Origin: Eledone cirrhosa
Taxonomy: Eukaryota
DNA length: 64,000 nucleotides
Assembly (NCBI GenBank): GCA_964016885.1
Contig: OZ024740.1
Span: 236,220,001-236,284,000, forward strand
Reading direction: 5' to 3'
A model generated the notes under the pieces. It made no database searches and had not been told where the DNA came from. It saw only the letters and a program-made list of their open reading frames with translations. Below are positions 11,286 through 22,514 of this stretch, one piece after another. The position numbers and the translations under genes were made by a program. Position 1 is the first letter of the stretch, and each line of letters begins with the position of its first letter.

Positions 11286-12153
11286 CATTGCCTGTACCTT
11301 TTGCTTTTGCTTTTGTGTGCCATCAATTATATCTGCATCTTGTGGAATCTGCTTGTGCCCTGGCATTTAGCTGTGGTGCTTAACAACCCCAACATGAACC
11401 CCCTCCTTGTTCGCCATCTCTGATCTCCCTATCTTTACTCTCTTTTGCATTCCGATTGCTCGCGTGACTAGGCTCTGTAGAGCTTATACTCAGCACTGTG
11501 TTTATTAAGGATTCCTACCAAACGGTATGGATGAAACATTGTAAGCAAATAAAAACTGTTTGAGTATGTAAGCGTTCTTTGGTTTCTTCTAAATAAATAT
11601 ATATATATATATATATATATACACATTTTCTTCATTTCTAATAGAAGAAGGAGGAGAGAAGGAGGAGGAGGAGGTTATATTGTCTGAATTTCTGAGATGA
11701 GGAATTATTATTACCAGCTAGTCCCATGGAAATTTCATGTTTGTTAACAATTAAGACATAATAACATTTACTATTTACTCTGACAAATAGTTGTGCAACC
11801 ATGCATAATTTTGTTGAAGTAATTTATCAACTGTGGGTTGCTAGATGAGAAGAAAATGGAATTATTTTATTTTGCTTTAACACTTTATAGTTAATAACAT
11901 AACAACCATTACACTGCTATATCAGCATAATTATTACATCACTGAATCACTAGAATCATTCTACCATTAATAATCATTATTACAAATTTATGCTATTAAT
12001 CCAATATGTTTTTAGTCATAGTTTTTCCTCACTGTATTCCTTTCCTATTGGTATTAATTACCCTAACAAAAACGCCAGCTAATTTCCCAGCAAATGCATA
12101 AATTGTTCACTGGTTGTAATGAGCAAATATCTAATTTATTAAATATTTATTAA

Positions 12154-12822
12154 CCCTTTTGTTACTCTATTTCTAATCAAATGCACTGTATTTGAATTAG
12201 TTATTGATGAATTTGGAGGAATGTATTAAAGTTATTCATTATTCCACTACCAAGGTAGTATTTGCAAATGTAGGAAGGTTTTAATTTACCATATATACTT
12301 GTATATAAGCTGAGAAATATGTGACAAAAAAAAAAATCAATGGTAAAATGGAGAGAGGAGCAATTTATAATCAAGGTCAATATTTTGTTGATTTTCACCA
12401 ACTTCAAAATTGTACAAAAATGAGGTGCTAGCTTTGGAGGTGAATATTACACCAGTTACACTTTCAACATAGAATTTGTATTTCATATTGTTTTCGATAT
12501 ATTTTGAATGAATATGACCTTCAAAATTGTTCACTATGTTATGGAGTTGTGAAACAAAAACTATACTCTGAATGACATTTAAAACATTTTAAATATCAAA
12601 ATATTAAAACTGCATGAATATATTCTCCACTCATGAGAATATCAAAAGCATGCTATCTAAACATAATGTTCTGATTACCTGCCTTATGTTATAAATGGGG
12701 TTTGGATTTTTACCTATTTTTATAAATGGTATTTTTATATACAGTAAATAGAAACCTTTTATAATGAGTGATTTTGTTTCATAGAACTAGAAGCAGTTTT
12801 TGATGGGTTGGTATCAAAAGGG
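12154..12822. mobile_element. piggyBac-like non-autonomous element (~670 bp)
   Basis: TTAA (12150-12153) then cccttttgttac; gtatcaaaaggg then TTAC at the other end. TIRs match at 11/12. A further TIR-like ttaaaccttttgatatc lies at 13057. Confidence 0.65.
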
Positions 12823-13452
12823 TTACTTGTCATTAAATAAGCTTACCTAATAGGAAAGAGAGTTCTTTATAAAATAAAAGATAAATTTGAATCACTAGGT
12901 GTCAACTATTAAAGATCATTTTTGTTTGGCAGTTCACAAAAAATTGCACTAAAGCGATTGCATTAAATTTTTGACAATTTTTAAATGAATTTTAGTTCAG
13001 TAAAATAAAAACAAATTTACATTCTTCCTTACACAATCATAATCACTACCACTCCATTAAACCTTTTGATATCACACCGCTTGAAATTACTATCTTTAAT
13101 TCAAATTGAGAAACTAAGTTCTATTTCAGTCAAAGCAGTACTTCAGTTTTTGTTGTTTGAACGGTTGTTGATAAAACAGCATTTTGTCCCTTTCCATTAT
13201 ATATCTCTCTGAATGATATTACACACTGTTGATTCACTGATAGCATAATCTTTTTTTTTTTTTTTTTTTCCGATCCTATAATTACCTCTTCTTTTCATCA
13301 CTTTCACCACTTGTATTAGCAGAACTAACTTGTTTAGAACATATAAATAATTAAAGGATAGGAATTACAGTAAACCATTTATAACTCAGTTTCGAATATC
13401 ACCAAATCTCCCAAACTTAAAGTATGTATATCCAGTGCAGACTAGCAGAGAA

Positions 13453-13725
13453 TGGCGAATTCTTTGCTTGCAAAAATCAGTGGGAAAAATTTTGAATTGT
13501 TGTCCTGCTTCATGTGGTGACACACCCTGAAGTGGCTGTAGAGGCCAATCCTGGACCCACAGGCTCTGGTACAGTTGGGGCAAGTGTGTACATGGTCAGT
13601 TGGTGGTTGGGTGGCAGACAGCTTTCTTCTTTGATGTTTGTCTTCAGCTGCTGCCTTCCTGTCTGCTCAAAGTTGGCTGCAGCTGTTTTGATGGTTGCTC
13701 TCCATGTCTATCTGTCTTCTGCCAG
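13453..13725 (-). mobile_element. 3'-terminal fragment of the same RTE-BovB-like family
   Basis: Colinear with 6351-6617 and encodes HTCPNCTRACGSRIGLYSHFRVC. cagagaa occurs at both ends (13446-13452, 13723-13729) as a candidate TSD. Confidence 0.88.
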
Positions 13726-14110
13726 AGAACAATTTAATAAAGATCACATGACTAAAACAATGCAAGCTTCCAGCGTTAAGGAGCTTTAGGGGTTTAAGTT
13801 CCTCCAATAATGTGGAAACATGTTGAATGATCTTAAAGTTTTGTTAGTTAAAAAATTATGTATTACTGTTCAAATAAGTAACAAATACAAATAAACACAA
13901 TAGAAAGCAAGCTATTGCTTTACCACCAAAGATGTGATCATTACTGCACATTTGAAACATTTGTCAGTGATGATTTAAAATAATTTTGTTTCAATATACT
14001 TGTGCTTTGATTTATTCTACACTGATTTTCTATTGAATCTAAATATGTTAGTATGCTCATGTTTATAATGTCTTTCTTAGTCTCATATTGGGGTTAAAAA
14101 AGCATGACTG

Positions 14111-14305
14111 AATAATAATAATTGTTTCTACTTTAGGCACAAGGCCAGCAATTACCCAGTGCATTACTGGTACTTTATTTTATCAACCCCGTAAGGATGA
14201 AAGGCAAAGTCAACCTCGGCGGGATTTGAACTCAGATCGTAAAGGGACGTAACTATGCTGGAAACCATGGCATCCGACCCTCCACCGATACTGCCAATCC
14301 ACCAT
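14111..14305 (-). mobile_element. Full-length tRNA-derived SINE with (ATT)n tail
   Basis: Minus strand has A-box-like tggcagtatcgg and B-box-like gagttcaaatccc, a body shared with 3148-3263, and ends in attattattatt. Confidence 0.85.
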
Positions 14306-14697
14306 GTACAGTATATATACTTAAGTCAGCTAACCTCCAATCCCAAAACGGTAATGGAAGTTCTGCAATGAATCAGAATCATACATTCAGCAGCAGCTGA
14401 AAGAAGAAAATTGAATAGGAAATTATATCACAATATTTTTTATTTTTCAAATATACTGTATTCTGAAGTAAATAAGATCCTTAGATGTAGTATTTGAATA
14501 TGCAGTAACCAAGGTATTCCTGTACTTGTATGTGCATCTACACCTTGAGATGAACATAATCCAATTCTAATCTCCGCTATGTCTGATGAGCAAATCGATC
14601 CTAGAATCAAGCTTATTGTAACTCTGAGCTGGTCCTTTGTGAAACATTATTACACATGATTAAGAATAAAATATATTGAACTAAAACTTAAATATTT

Positions 14698-14699
<2 letters not shown>

Positions 14700-14758
<59 letters not shown>
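14700..14758. repeat. (TA)n microsatellite
   Basis: Perfect run of ~29 units. Confidence 0.95.
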
Positions 14759-14760
<2 letters not shown>

Positions 14761-14924
14761 TTCATAATGGGTTACACAGGTCTTCTCTAGCAAAGTGTCT
14801 TGTCATATGTCACAATCCCTTGTCATCTCCTTTATGAATGAAGTTTAACCTTCTGAAATCACTTTTCACTACACTTTCCTAAGTCTTACCCTTTTGCACG
14901 TTCCTTCAAATGACACAGTAGAAA

Positions 14925-15190
14925 TATATTATTTTAAGCTTGAAATAGCAGGAAAAGAGTTTTGACGTTTCGGACAATAGTCCTTCATCAGAAGATAGAG
15001 TTAGAAATAGAAGATGAATAGATAGTAAAGAGTGATAAGAGGAAAAAAGGTGGGGGAGAAAAAACATGCATATTCAGTCAGCCATCTTGGCGAGTAGCTG
15101 CTTAGGGTGTATCTTATGTGTTAGAGAGGTTTAGGAAGGGAGGTAATCAATGTATATGTGGAGTGGACATGTGAGTATGTGGATATACAT
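14925..15190 (-). mobile_element. Penelope-like element 3'/terminal fragment
   Basis: Homologous to 25890-26060 (gcttgaaata.caggaa.agagt...gagttagaaatagaagat..atag..agtaaagagt..taagagga) and contains a hammerhead motif. Confidence 0.6.
14960..14996 (-). ncRNA. Minimal type-I hammerhead ribozyme motif
   Basis: 5'-UCUU CUGAUGA A GGAC UAUU GUCC GAAA C GUC AAAA-3': perfect core, 4-bp stem II, palindromic ACGU, GUC cleavage triplet. Stem I is imperfect. Confidence 0.65.
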
Positions 15191-15203
15191 ACATGCATAT
15201 ACG

Positions 15204-16228
15204 TCATCACCATCATCATTTAATGTCTGTTTTCCATGCTAGCAAGGGCTGGGCAGTTTGCCACAGACTAAGTCAATACTTAATTGGAGTTACTGACATC
15301 TCAGCTGGGCTGGAGGTTTGCATCTCACTTGCATACACACCTATATTCTATAGTGCAGCCACTGCATTTTATTATAGCACCAGCGCTAGGGAGGTTGTCA
15401 TGTCGTAACTGGAGGGTCATCTTATAACACCTTTTGACATGGTTTCTATGGTTGGAAGCCTTTCAAGTACCAACCACTTCCTAACACCAACTGCTTTACA
15501 GGTCATAGACTCAACTGAAAGGCCCCTCTGCTCTATGAGGAGGTAAGGATGGAATTGGATAGGGGTGTAAGAAGGGTGAGAAAGTAACAATAGCTGAGGT
15601 AAAGTGGAATGACAAATTAAATATCATAGGTGTATGACAACCGGTGTAGTAGAGTTTGACAGGGTGGTGAGAGGTAGGGGTGATTTTGGGTAGAGTATTG
15701 AATGTACAGTGACAGTAAGATTAGTGGTGGTGGTGGTGGGGAGGGGTTCACTTTTCCAGCACTGCATTTTGTCAATCCTCACAATTCTTTGTCATTTCTT
15801 TCATAAAACTCAGCTTCCTAAAATCAGTCATTACTACTTCATCATATGTCTTCCTAGATATACCTCTTCCACAACTCCAATCCTCAGAGATTTCTCAACA
15901 TTTCTTTATTAAGCTATCACTTCCATACACATCACATACCATCTCAGTCTTCTCTCTTGCACACTGCATCAGATTACTCTATTACAAAATTTTTCTCTTA
16001 ACATGTTTATGTTACATTCATGCTCACTAACACTACACATGGTTGGTTAATTTCTTTCAAGCCTTCACAGATCTTCTTCTGGCAAAGCTCAAGTTTCACT
16101 GCTATGTAGTATTGTGGTTTGTACACAGGCATCATATAGTCTACTCTTCACTCTGAGGGAGAAGCCCTTTATTGTTAGCAAAGGTAATGGCTACCTAAAT
16201 TTCTGCCAGCCTGTTCTTACTCTAGCTG
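15204..16228 (-). mobile_element. Old 5'-truncated RTE LINE
   Basis: (CAT)n-ttaatgtctgttttccatgctagc tail. The decayed ORF reads ARVRTGWQKFR..KGFSLRVKSRLYDACVQ..LHSSET..RLRWY at ~16225-15935. Confidence 0.75.
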
Positions 16229-16329
16229 GCCACAGATAAAAAAATCTGAGTTGCATTTTGCTTCTGTTTTCAACACTATGGATCTCATAACAATACATAA
16301 AAGGAAAGCTGAAAGGATGTCACCTTATT

Positions 16330-17330
16330 TTACACCTTTGAGGTTTTTATTGCTGTTGTAGACTTATCATAAGTTTGCTTTAGGAGATTTATGTATCTCT
16401 TGTTGAGATGTGTGTTATCAAGCAGTTTTCAGAGACTACAGAGTTTCACACTATCAAAAGCTTTGGTGAAATCAATGAAGGTTATATACATTGGGTTGTT
16501 AAATTCAATTGATTTTTCAATAATTTGCCCCAAGGCAATTATTTGTTCAACAGTAGCTCTACCATATTGATATGCTGCTTGATATGCAGGAAAGGGTGTA
16601 AAGAAATCACATGTGAAGCAATGATGCTAATAAACAGTTTACAAACATGACTTAAGAGGCTGATTTGACAGTAATTTCCACAATCCAGTCGGTTGTCCTT
16701 ATAAAAATAATCACTATAAACACTTCTTTAAAGGCGTGAAGTATTGAACCAGTGATTAGTATTCAATTGAAAAGATATAATAAAGCATTCACTAAGGTTT
16801 CCCCGCCAGCTTTGAGATATTCTGAATAGATGTTATTTAATATGGTTCTCTTATTGGTTTTCAAGTTTTTGATTGCGTATTTCACTTCAGATTTTAAAAT
16901 AGGTGAAATGGGATATTATAATGCATCATCAGTAGAAGATGTAAAAGTGTCATCGAAGTAGAGGTCTTCATAAAATTAAGCCCAACTCTTTAAGATATCA
17001 TCTTTGCTGGTCAATGAATTGCCATCATGGTCTTTTATACTCCAACCTATACACTTTGGTTTTGCTTTCAACTTTTTCAGAGCAACATAATACTGCTTGT
17101 AAGGTGTTAGAGTGCTAAGGGAGTTGATATGCTGTTCTATCTGCTTTAACCTGTCTTTCTTAACCAGCTTTTTAGATTCAGCTTTGGCTAAGTGTACTAC
17201 TGCATTGATGTTCCTTCTATCTCTATTCTGATTTTGTGTTTATTTTTCATAGCTCTTTGACTTTCCTCTGACATCCAGTTAGGGTATGCGCAATCATTAA
17301 AGACAAGATTTTTCCCTATTTGTATCTTGA
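16330..17330 (-). mobile_element. Degenerate LINE RT fragment (RTE/RTE-X-like)
   Basis: Minus strand reads GNYCQISLLSHVCKLFISII (~16680-16620) and MYITFIDFTKAFDSV (~16491-16447). Confidence 0.75.
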
Positions 17331-17384
17331 ATTGCTGATATGTCTTGATACAGTTTTTTGGTTCCAACTGAGAGAAGGAGAGTG

Positions 17385-17762
17385 ACTTGTTGGTGGAAAA
17401 GTAAAGTAGATGAGACAATTGGGGCATAGAGACAGGCCTGGGAAAAATTTAAGAATGGGGGAAGCAGGGAACACTACCTGGAAGCCAGGAGGGAAACTAA
17501 GTGACAAGTATACTTTGCAAGGACGGAAGCAGAAGTTAAAAAAATTTGAGCATATTGTGTGGTGTGAAAACCAGAGACATGAGGTGTTTAGGATTGTAAG
17601 GCAGTGTGTCAGGGAAAATTGTGATGTCATTGGAGAGTAGTGTGTCTGAAATGATAAAGGCATACTTACCCTCACAAACACCGAAAAGAAAGTAACATGG
17701 AAGAGCTATTATGAAAGATTACTGAATGAGGAGAATACATGGGAGCAAGATCGTTTACCAGG
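17385..17762 (+). mobile_element. RTE LINE internal fragment (endonuclease-RT linker)
   Basis: EVFRIVRQCVRENCDVIGE*CV*NDKGILTLTNTEKKVTWKSYYERLLNEENTW resembles the RTE linker (from recall). Confidence 0.7.
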
Positions 17763-18174
17763 TTTTTGAAAGTTTGTCTATTTATCTAACAACAAATGGT
17801 TTTTCTCAGTGACTTCATAGGTGGCAGTATTAAGCACAAAACGTCAATGTGATAGTTGACGCAGTTTCGATGATACTATGTTCCAAATTTCAGGTTCAAT
17901 GACTAGCAATTTCAAATATTAGATGAAATTTTCCGAGTTTATTTCTATCGGCTTTATCTTGAGTACTTGTACAGTCTAACTGCAATCTCTTGAAATTCTA
18001 AACTTAGCTCATAGAACTCCAGTACTACCTTTGCAAATTACAGGTGGTGGAGGGCAGTAATGCTACATGGTTTTCTTGTTAAACAACTTGTTACCACTGT
18101 ACTCATTTGGCAGCCATGTTAATTTTGTTATACAATTATTTAACTAGGGGAAATCATAACTACAGAATCAGAAT

Positions 18175-18266
18175 TCATCATCATCATCATCATCATCATC
18201 ACCATCATCATCCTCCTCCTTATCATCATCATCATCATCATTATCATCACCATCACCATTATCATT
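18175..18266. repeat. (CAT)n microsatellite
   Basis: Imperfect trinucleotide run; source of the poly-His ORF. Confidence 0.9.
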
Positions 18267-19497
18267 TTATATCTACTGTCATCAGCATCATTTTAAGGTT
18301 GGAAAGTTGTCATGGTTTGAGTCATTTTTTTAATTTAAATTCATTGCTTTCCTTGATTGAGTCAGTGGAGACTATATGTTTTATGATGTGTTATATTTTA
18401 TGAATGTTGTTGTGTGGTTAAAATTCTTATCCAACTGAATCTATAACCCTTATTTCAGTTACCTGTTTTAATTACTTACCTTCATATTAATGACATTTTG
18501 GAAGTGTATGAACATCCAAATGTCTTAGGTAATAATTTTGAAGCTATCTTCTATCTAACAAAACCAGTGTAAGAAAAATCATGGTTGCCAAGAATATTGA
18601 AAATGTAAGGGGGTAGTGTTCTTTTCTTTAGTTATCAGCTGCCAATAGAATCCAAGAAATTGAGATGGATGGTAAAAAAAGAAAATATTTTAATCATTGA
18701 TAAGATGTGCAGTCATCTATTTAATGAAATACATCCAACTGAGATAAAATGGAAATACGAACTGGAAATAAATTCAAAAGTCCATTTATGCAAATCAAAA
18801 GAAAAAAGAAACTTTACTGTAGCAAGTGTAAAGTTACTGCTTTATATAACTAACTTGTCTGGAAACTTCCTTTGTATAGCAGCAGTGGAATTGCTAAGTA
18901 TGGTGTTATGGCAGCGCTATTGATATATTCCTAGTCTTTTACAAGCTAAATGGTTATTTTATGACTGAAGATATTCACTAACACTTGGTGTGTAAAGAAG
19001 TGACAGATTCAAAGGTAAAAGGAAATAAATACGAAAACATGTATCTGACATTCGAAGAGAAATGAACCAATGCTGCAGCTGTTAGTAGACAATAAAGAAA
19101 TATTTTAAAGTTAAACAAAGATAAGGGGATAGATGAGAAGATAGACTTACATAGATGACTAAAGCTTAAGAAAAGCTAAGCTGCATTTGCATAAATGACC
19201 ATAGCTAGAATGAAGCTGGATTTTTGTGACAGAAAAACTAAAAATTAATTGCTGCTCGGCTAATGTCATATGACAATGGCGAATGAAGAACTAGTCAGCT
19301 GGAACAAATATGACCAAAGTTGATAGCAAGCTGGACTGTTATCATCAGATTGATTACACAATTTCATCACATCTAAGGAAGATACATTCCTTCTATAGAA
19401 GAAAAATGGATGTGTGAATAAATATGTTTGAAAGTATATGTTGCTGCACACAATGTATATGTTTATGCATATATATATACATATATATATATATATG

Positions 19498-19541
<44 letters not shown>

Positions 19542-19555
19542 ATATATATATATAT

Positions 19556-20090
19556 CATCATCATCATCATCATCGTCATGATCATCATTATCATTTTTAC
19601 ATTCATTTTTCCATACTTACATGGATTAGCTGAGTCTTCACCAATAGACCATTTTCCCATTAATCTCTTTTCTTCAGCATCCTGAAATCACCTTTCACAA
19701 CCTCTGCCCATGCCTTAATTGATGCTCCTTTTCCAAAACTTCTTTCCACTTGGAAAGTCAGGCACATTTTCACCCCAAAATTACACTGCATGTCCTTTCC
19801 AATGCAATATTCTATCCTGCATATTCTTACATTCAGCTTTTCTCTCAATTCATCTTTGTTTTATCATTCATGCACACAGACATTACACATCTAGCAGGGC
19901 ATGCTTCATTTATTTCTTTTTAGCCATTGCATGTCCTCTACATTACTTTACTTACAGGCATCATATAATCTATACTTCCTTCAAAGGTGGATCTCTTTAG
20001 TGCCAACAGCAGAAGTACCTACCTATATGTTGTCTACCATATTTTAATCCTAGTTATTCTGCTTTCAAAGCAACCCACTCCACTCCTAAT
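19556..20090 (-). mobile_element. Old 5'-truncated RTE LINE next to (TA)n
   Basis: (CAT)n tail directly after the TA tract at 19469-19555. The decayed ORF includes RLYDAC, NEACP, REKLNVR..IEYCI and KAWAEVVKGD. Confidence 0.7.
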
Positions 20091-20109
20091 TATGCATGTT
20101 ATAACACAA

Positions 20110-20530
20110 AAAGACACATGCCCACACAGAACCCAACACTTATACCATGCTGTAACTGCTGGTGGATCCTGCCTTTCAAAGGCCATGGTCAACAGAGCCA
20201 CCATCACACAAGATAGCAGTCAGAGGAATTTCACAGGTCTAACAGCCAATGAGTTCAAGGATAGATTTACTCAGCCTGCATACTCCTTTAGGTGCAGGAA
20301 CAGGGAGAACTCCACTTCTCTGTCCTACTTCATCTGAAGGCACTGTAACCAAGGACACAACACACCCCAGTAATAAGTGGAGCATCCTCTTAGTACCCTA
20401 GGAGTTACAACTGCCAAACCTGCCTCTGTGACCAATTACATATACATTTGCAACCTGTGTTAGCCATCAGCATGAAAAACTGGCTTAACATTTTGGTGCC
20501 ACCAGAGAAGCACTATGTTAGCCAATTTCA
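20110..20530 (+). mobile_element. Penelope-like GIY-YIG endonuclease remnant
   Basis: GSCLSKAMVNRATITQDSSQRNFTGLTANEFKDRFTQ..SFR..RENSTSLSYFI* matches the PLE pattern CL..vVY.A....YiGlT...FK.R...H..SF......T.LS..iW. Confidence 0.75.
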
Positions 20531-20959
20531 AACCACTGGCCCTGGACATCCCACAAAGACTATCTTAGATCTACCCAGCTTATGTGTATGAGTGGGGCAG
20601 ACAACTTCCACCCTTGAACCAGCATGTACACCTACACCACTCTGATACTTTCAGACCAACTAAAAGGTCATCACATACATTGACTGAATATTCAGTTCAC
20701 CAACAACATCAAATACACACAGTACAAGACTGGCCTGAGTGACACCACCAGAGCACACATGTACATATTTGGTGTCGCTTCTAAGTGGATAGTGCCACAG
20801 AGTCACCAATTTCCTGCCATTGCCCTATTCAATTGGTGTTGTTGATTTACCAACTACCATATGATCTGAACCAACTAATGGAGACCTGTGACAACATGCC
20901 CCAAGATCTTGAAACCACTTGTAATACAGAAATAGGTCAAACTGTTTATATATATATAT

Positions 20960-21640
20960 ATATATACCCATCAACTGACTAACAGATTTGCTGAACATCT
21001 ACGGGACATCCAGGTTGGCAAGTCATCCTTGGTGGCCTGACATTTTCGCTCTGTCGGTCATTCCATGTTCATTTCCTGCATGGGGCCACCTGACAAGCAC
21101 TGCCAGTATGAAGAGAGGCTTATTTTTTCTTAATACATCCACCCCACATGGTCTTAATGCACCCCCTCTTCCTCTGATATACCCATCACACTCTATTCTG
21201 TGCCCCCACTTCATCCATGTGCTGACACTGAAATATTCACAGACACACAGCTACCGTACACTACAACAAAATAACTCTAACACACATCTTAATAAACTAT
21301 CACATAGAAATTCACACATGACACACACACACACACACATCAGGATATATGTGTTTCATTTTGTTGCCTTGACAACTGCAACTGACTTTCTGTCATTTCA
21401 AAATAAGCTTCCATCTCCGTTATGTATCGTTTTAACAATATTTTTCTATAAAAAATTTTTCTCTATCTTTAATCTGCATCTCCTGACGAAGGGCTAAATC
21501 CCAATACATTGAACACTTTTTTCTATCTTTCCTCTAGATGTGAACATAATAACATTGTTTTGTGTCTCTGTGTATGCCTTTTTTTAAATATATATATGTG
21601 TTTTGTTATTTTTGTTATTTTTGTTATTACTTTTAAATAC
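20960..21640 (+). mobile_element. Second Penelope-like remnant (GIY-YIG C-half and 3' region)
   Basis: HQLTNRFAEHLRDIQ...VA*HFRSVGHS...LNTSTPHGLN. A decayed hammerhead CTGACGA-aggg..tccc lies at 21483. It ends ttttgttattacttttaaa, the reverse complement of the end at 25826. Confidence 0.7.
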
Positions 21641-21644
21641 ATAC

Positions 21645-21688
<44 letters not shown>

Positions 21689-21799
21689 ATGTGTGTGTAT
21701 ATATATATATATGTATATATACATATATATATATATACACATACACACACACATATATATATATGTATATATATATATACATAAATGTATATATATATA

Positions 21800-22015
21800 C
21801 ATAACTGTAAAGTGGACGTGTAGGCGCCACGAAAAAGCACCCAGCACTCACTGTAAATGAGGTTGGTGTTAGGAAGGGCATCCAGCTGTAGAAATCAAGC
21901 CAAATCAGTTCCTGTATGAGCAAGGCATGGTCAGGCGACCAGACACTGCCCACAACAGGACAACCCGTCTAACCCATGCTAGAGTGGAAGAACGGACGTA
22001 AAACGGTGATGATGA
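21800..22015 (+). mobile_element. Short RTE 3'-end copy (3'UTR only) within (TA)n
   Basis: ggttggtgttaggaagggcatccagctgtagaaa...acccatgctagagtggaagaacggacgtaaaacggtgatgatgat; TA-rich tracts on both sides. Confidence 0.85.
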
Positions 22016-22028
22016 TATATACATATAT

Positions 22029-22469
22029 CATCATCATCATCATCATCATTTTACGTCCGCCTTTCCCTGCTTGCAAGGGTGGGACGGGTCTTATTCAGCA
22101 CAGCATCTCTCCACTCGTCACGGTCCTTCCTCATCTCCACCGTGAGCTTCAATGATCTGAGGTCTGTTCTCACCACCTCCGCCCATGCTTTTCGTGGTCT
22201 ACCTCTACCACGTCTTCCTTCAACTGGCATTTCCTGGCACTTCTTCACCCATCGGTCATCCTCCATGCGCATCACATGTCCATACCACCTCAGTCTCCTC
22301 TCCCGTACACTATATTCTATCCCTCTCAGACACAGTTTCTCCCTCAACACATTTATGCTGGGTCGTTCACGCACATTTACACTGCACATCCAATGGAGCA
22401 TGCTTGCCTCATTTCTCTCCAGCCGTCGCATATCCTCTGCAGTTGCTGCCCATGTCTCACTACCATGTC

Positions 22470-22474
<5 letters not shown>
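22029..22474 (-). mobile_element. 5'-truncated RTE LINE, subfamily lacking a 3'UTR
   Basis: Intact frame HGSETWA...RRLRWYGHVMR...GRGRPRKAW...RPTLASRERRT* whose stop at 22051 is directly followed by the (GAT)n tail. Flanked by (TA)n. Confidence 0.9.

Positions 22475-22510
<36 letters not shown>

Positions 22511-22514
<4 letters not shown>

Noticed and set aside
11495-11550. Possible additional hammerhead remnant (...ggatgaaacattg)
   Set aside because: No CUGANGA box is recognisable.
13380-13840. Possible minus-strand host exon interrupted by the RTE fragment
   Set aside because: The reconstructed empty site gives only a short unrecognisable peptide ending in a stop.
18107-18403. Poly-His ORF
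   Set aside because: Translation of a (CAT)n microsatellite.
21509-21953. YI/IY-repeat ORFs (also 19428-19685 and 24384-25631)
   Set aside because: Translations of (TA)n/(CA)n tracts.
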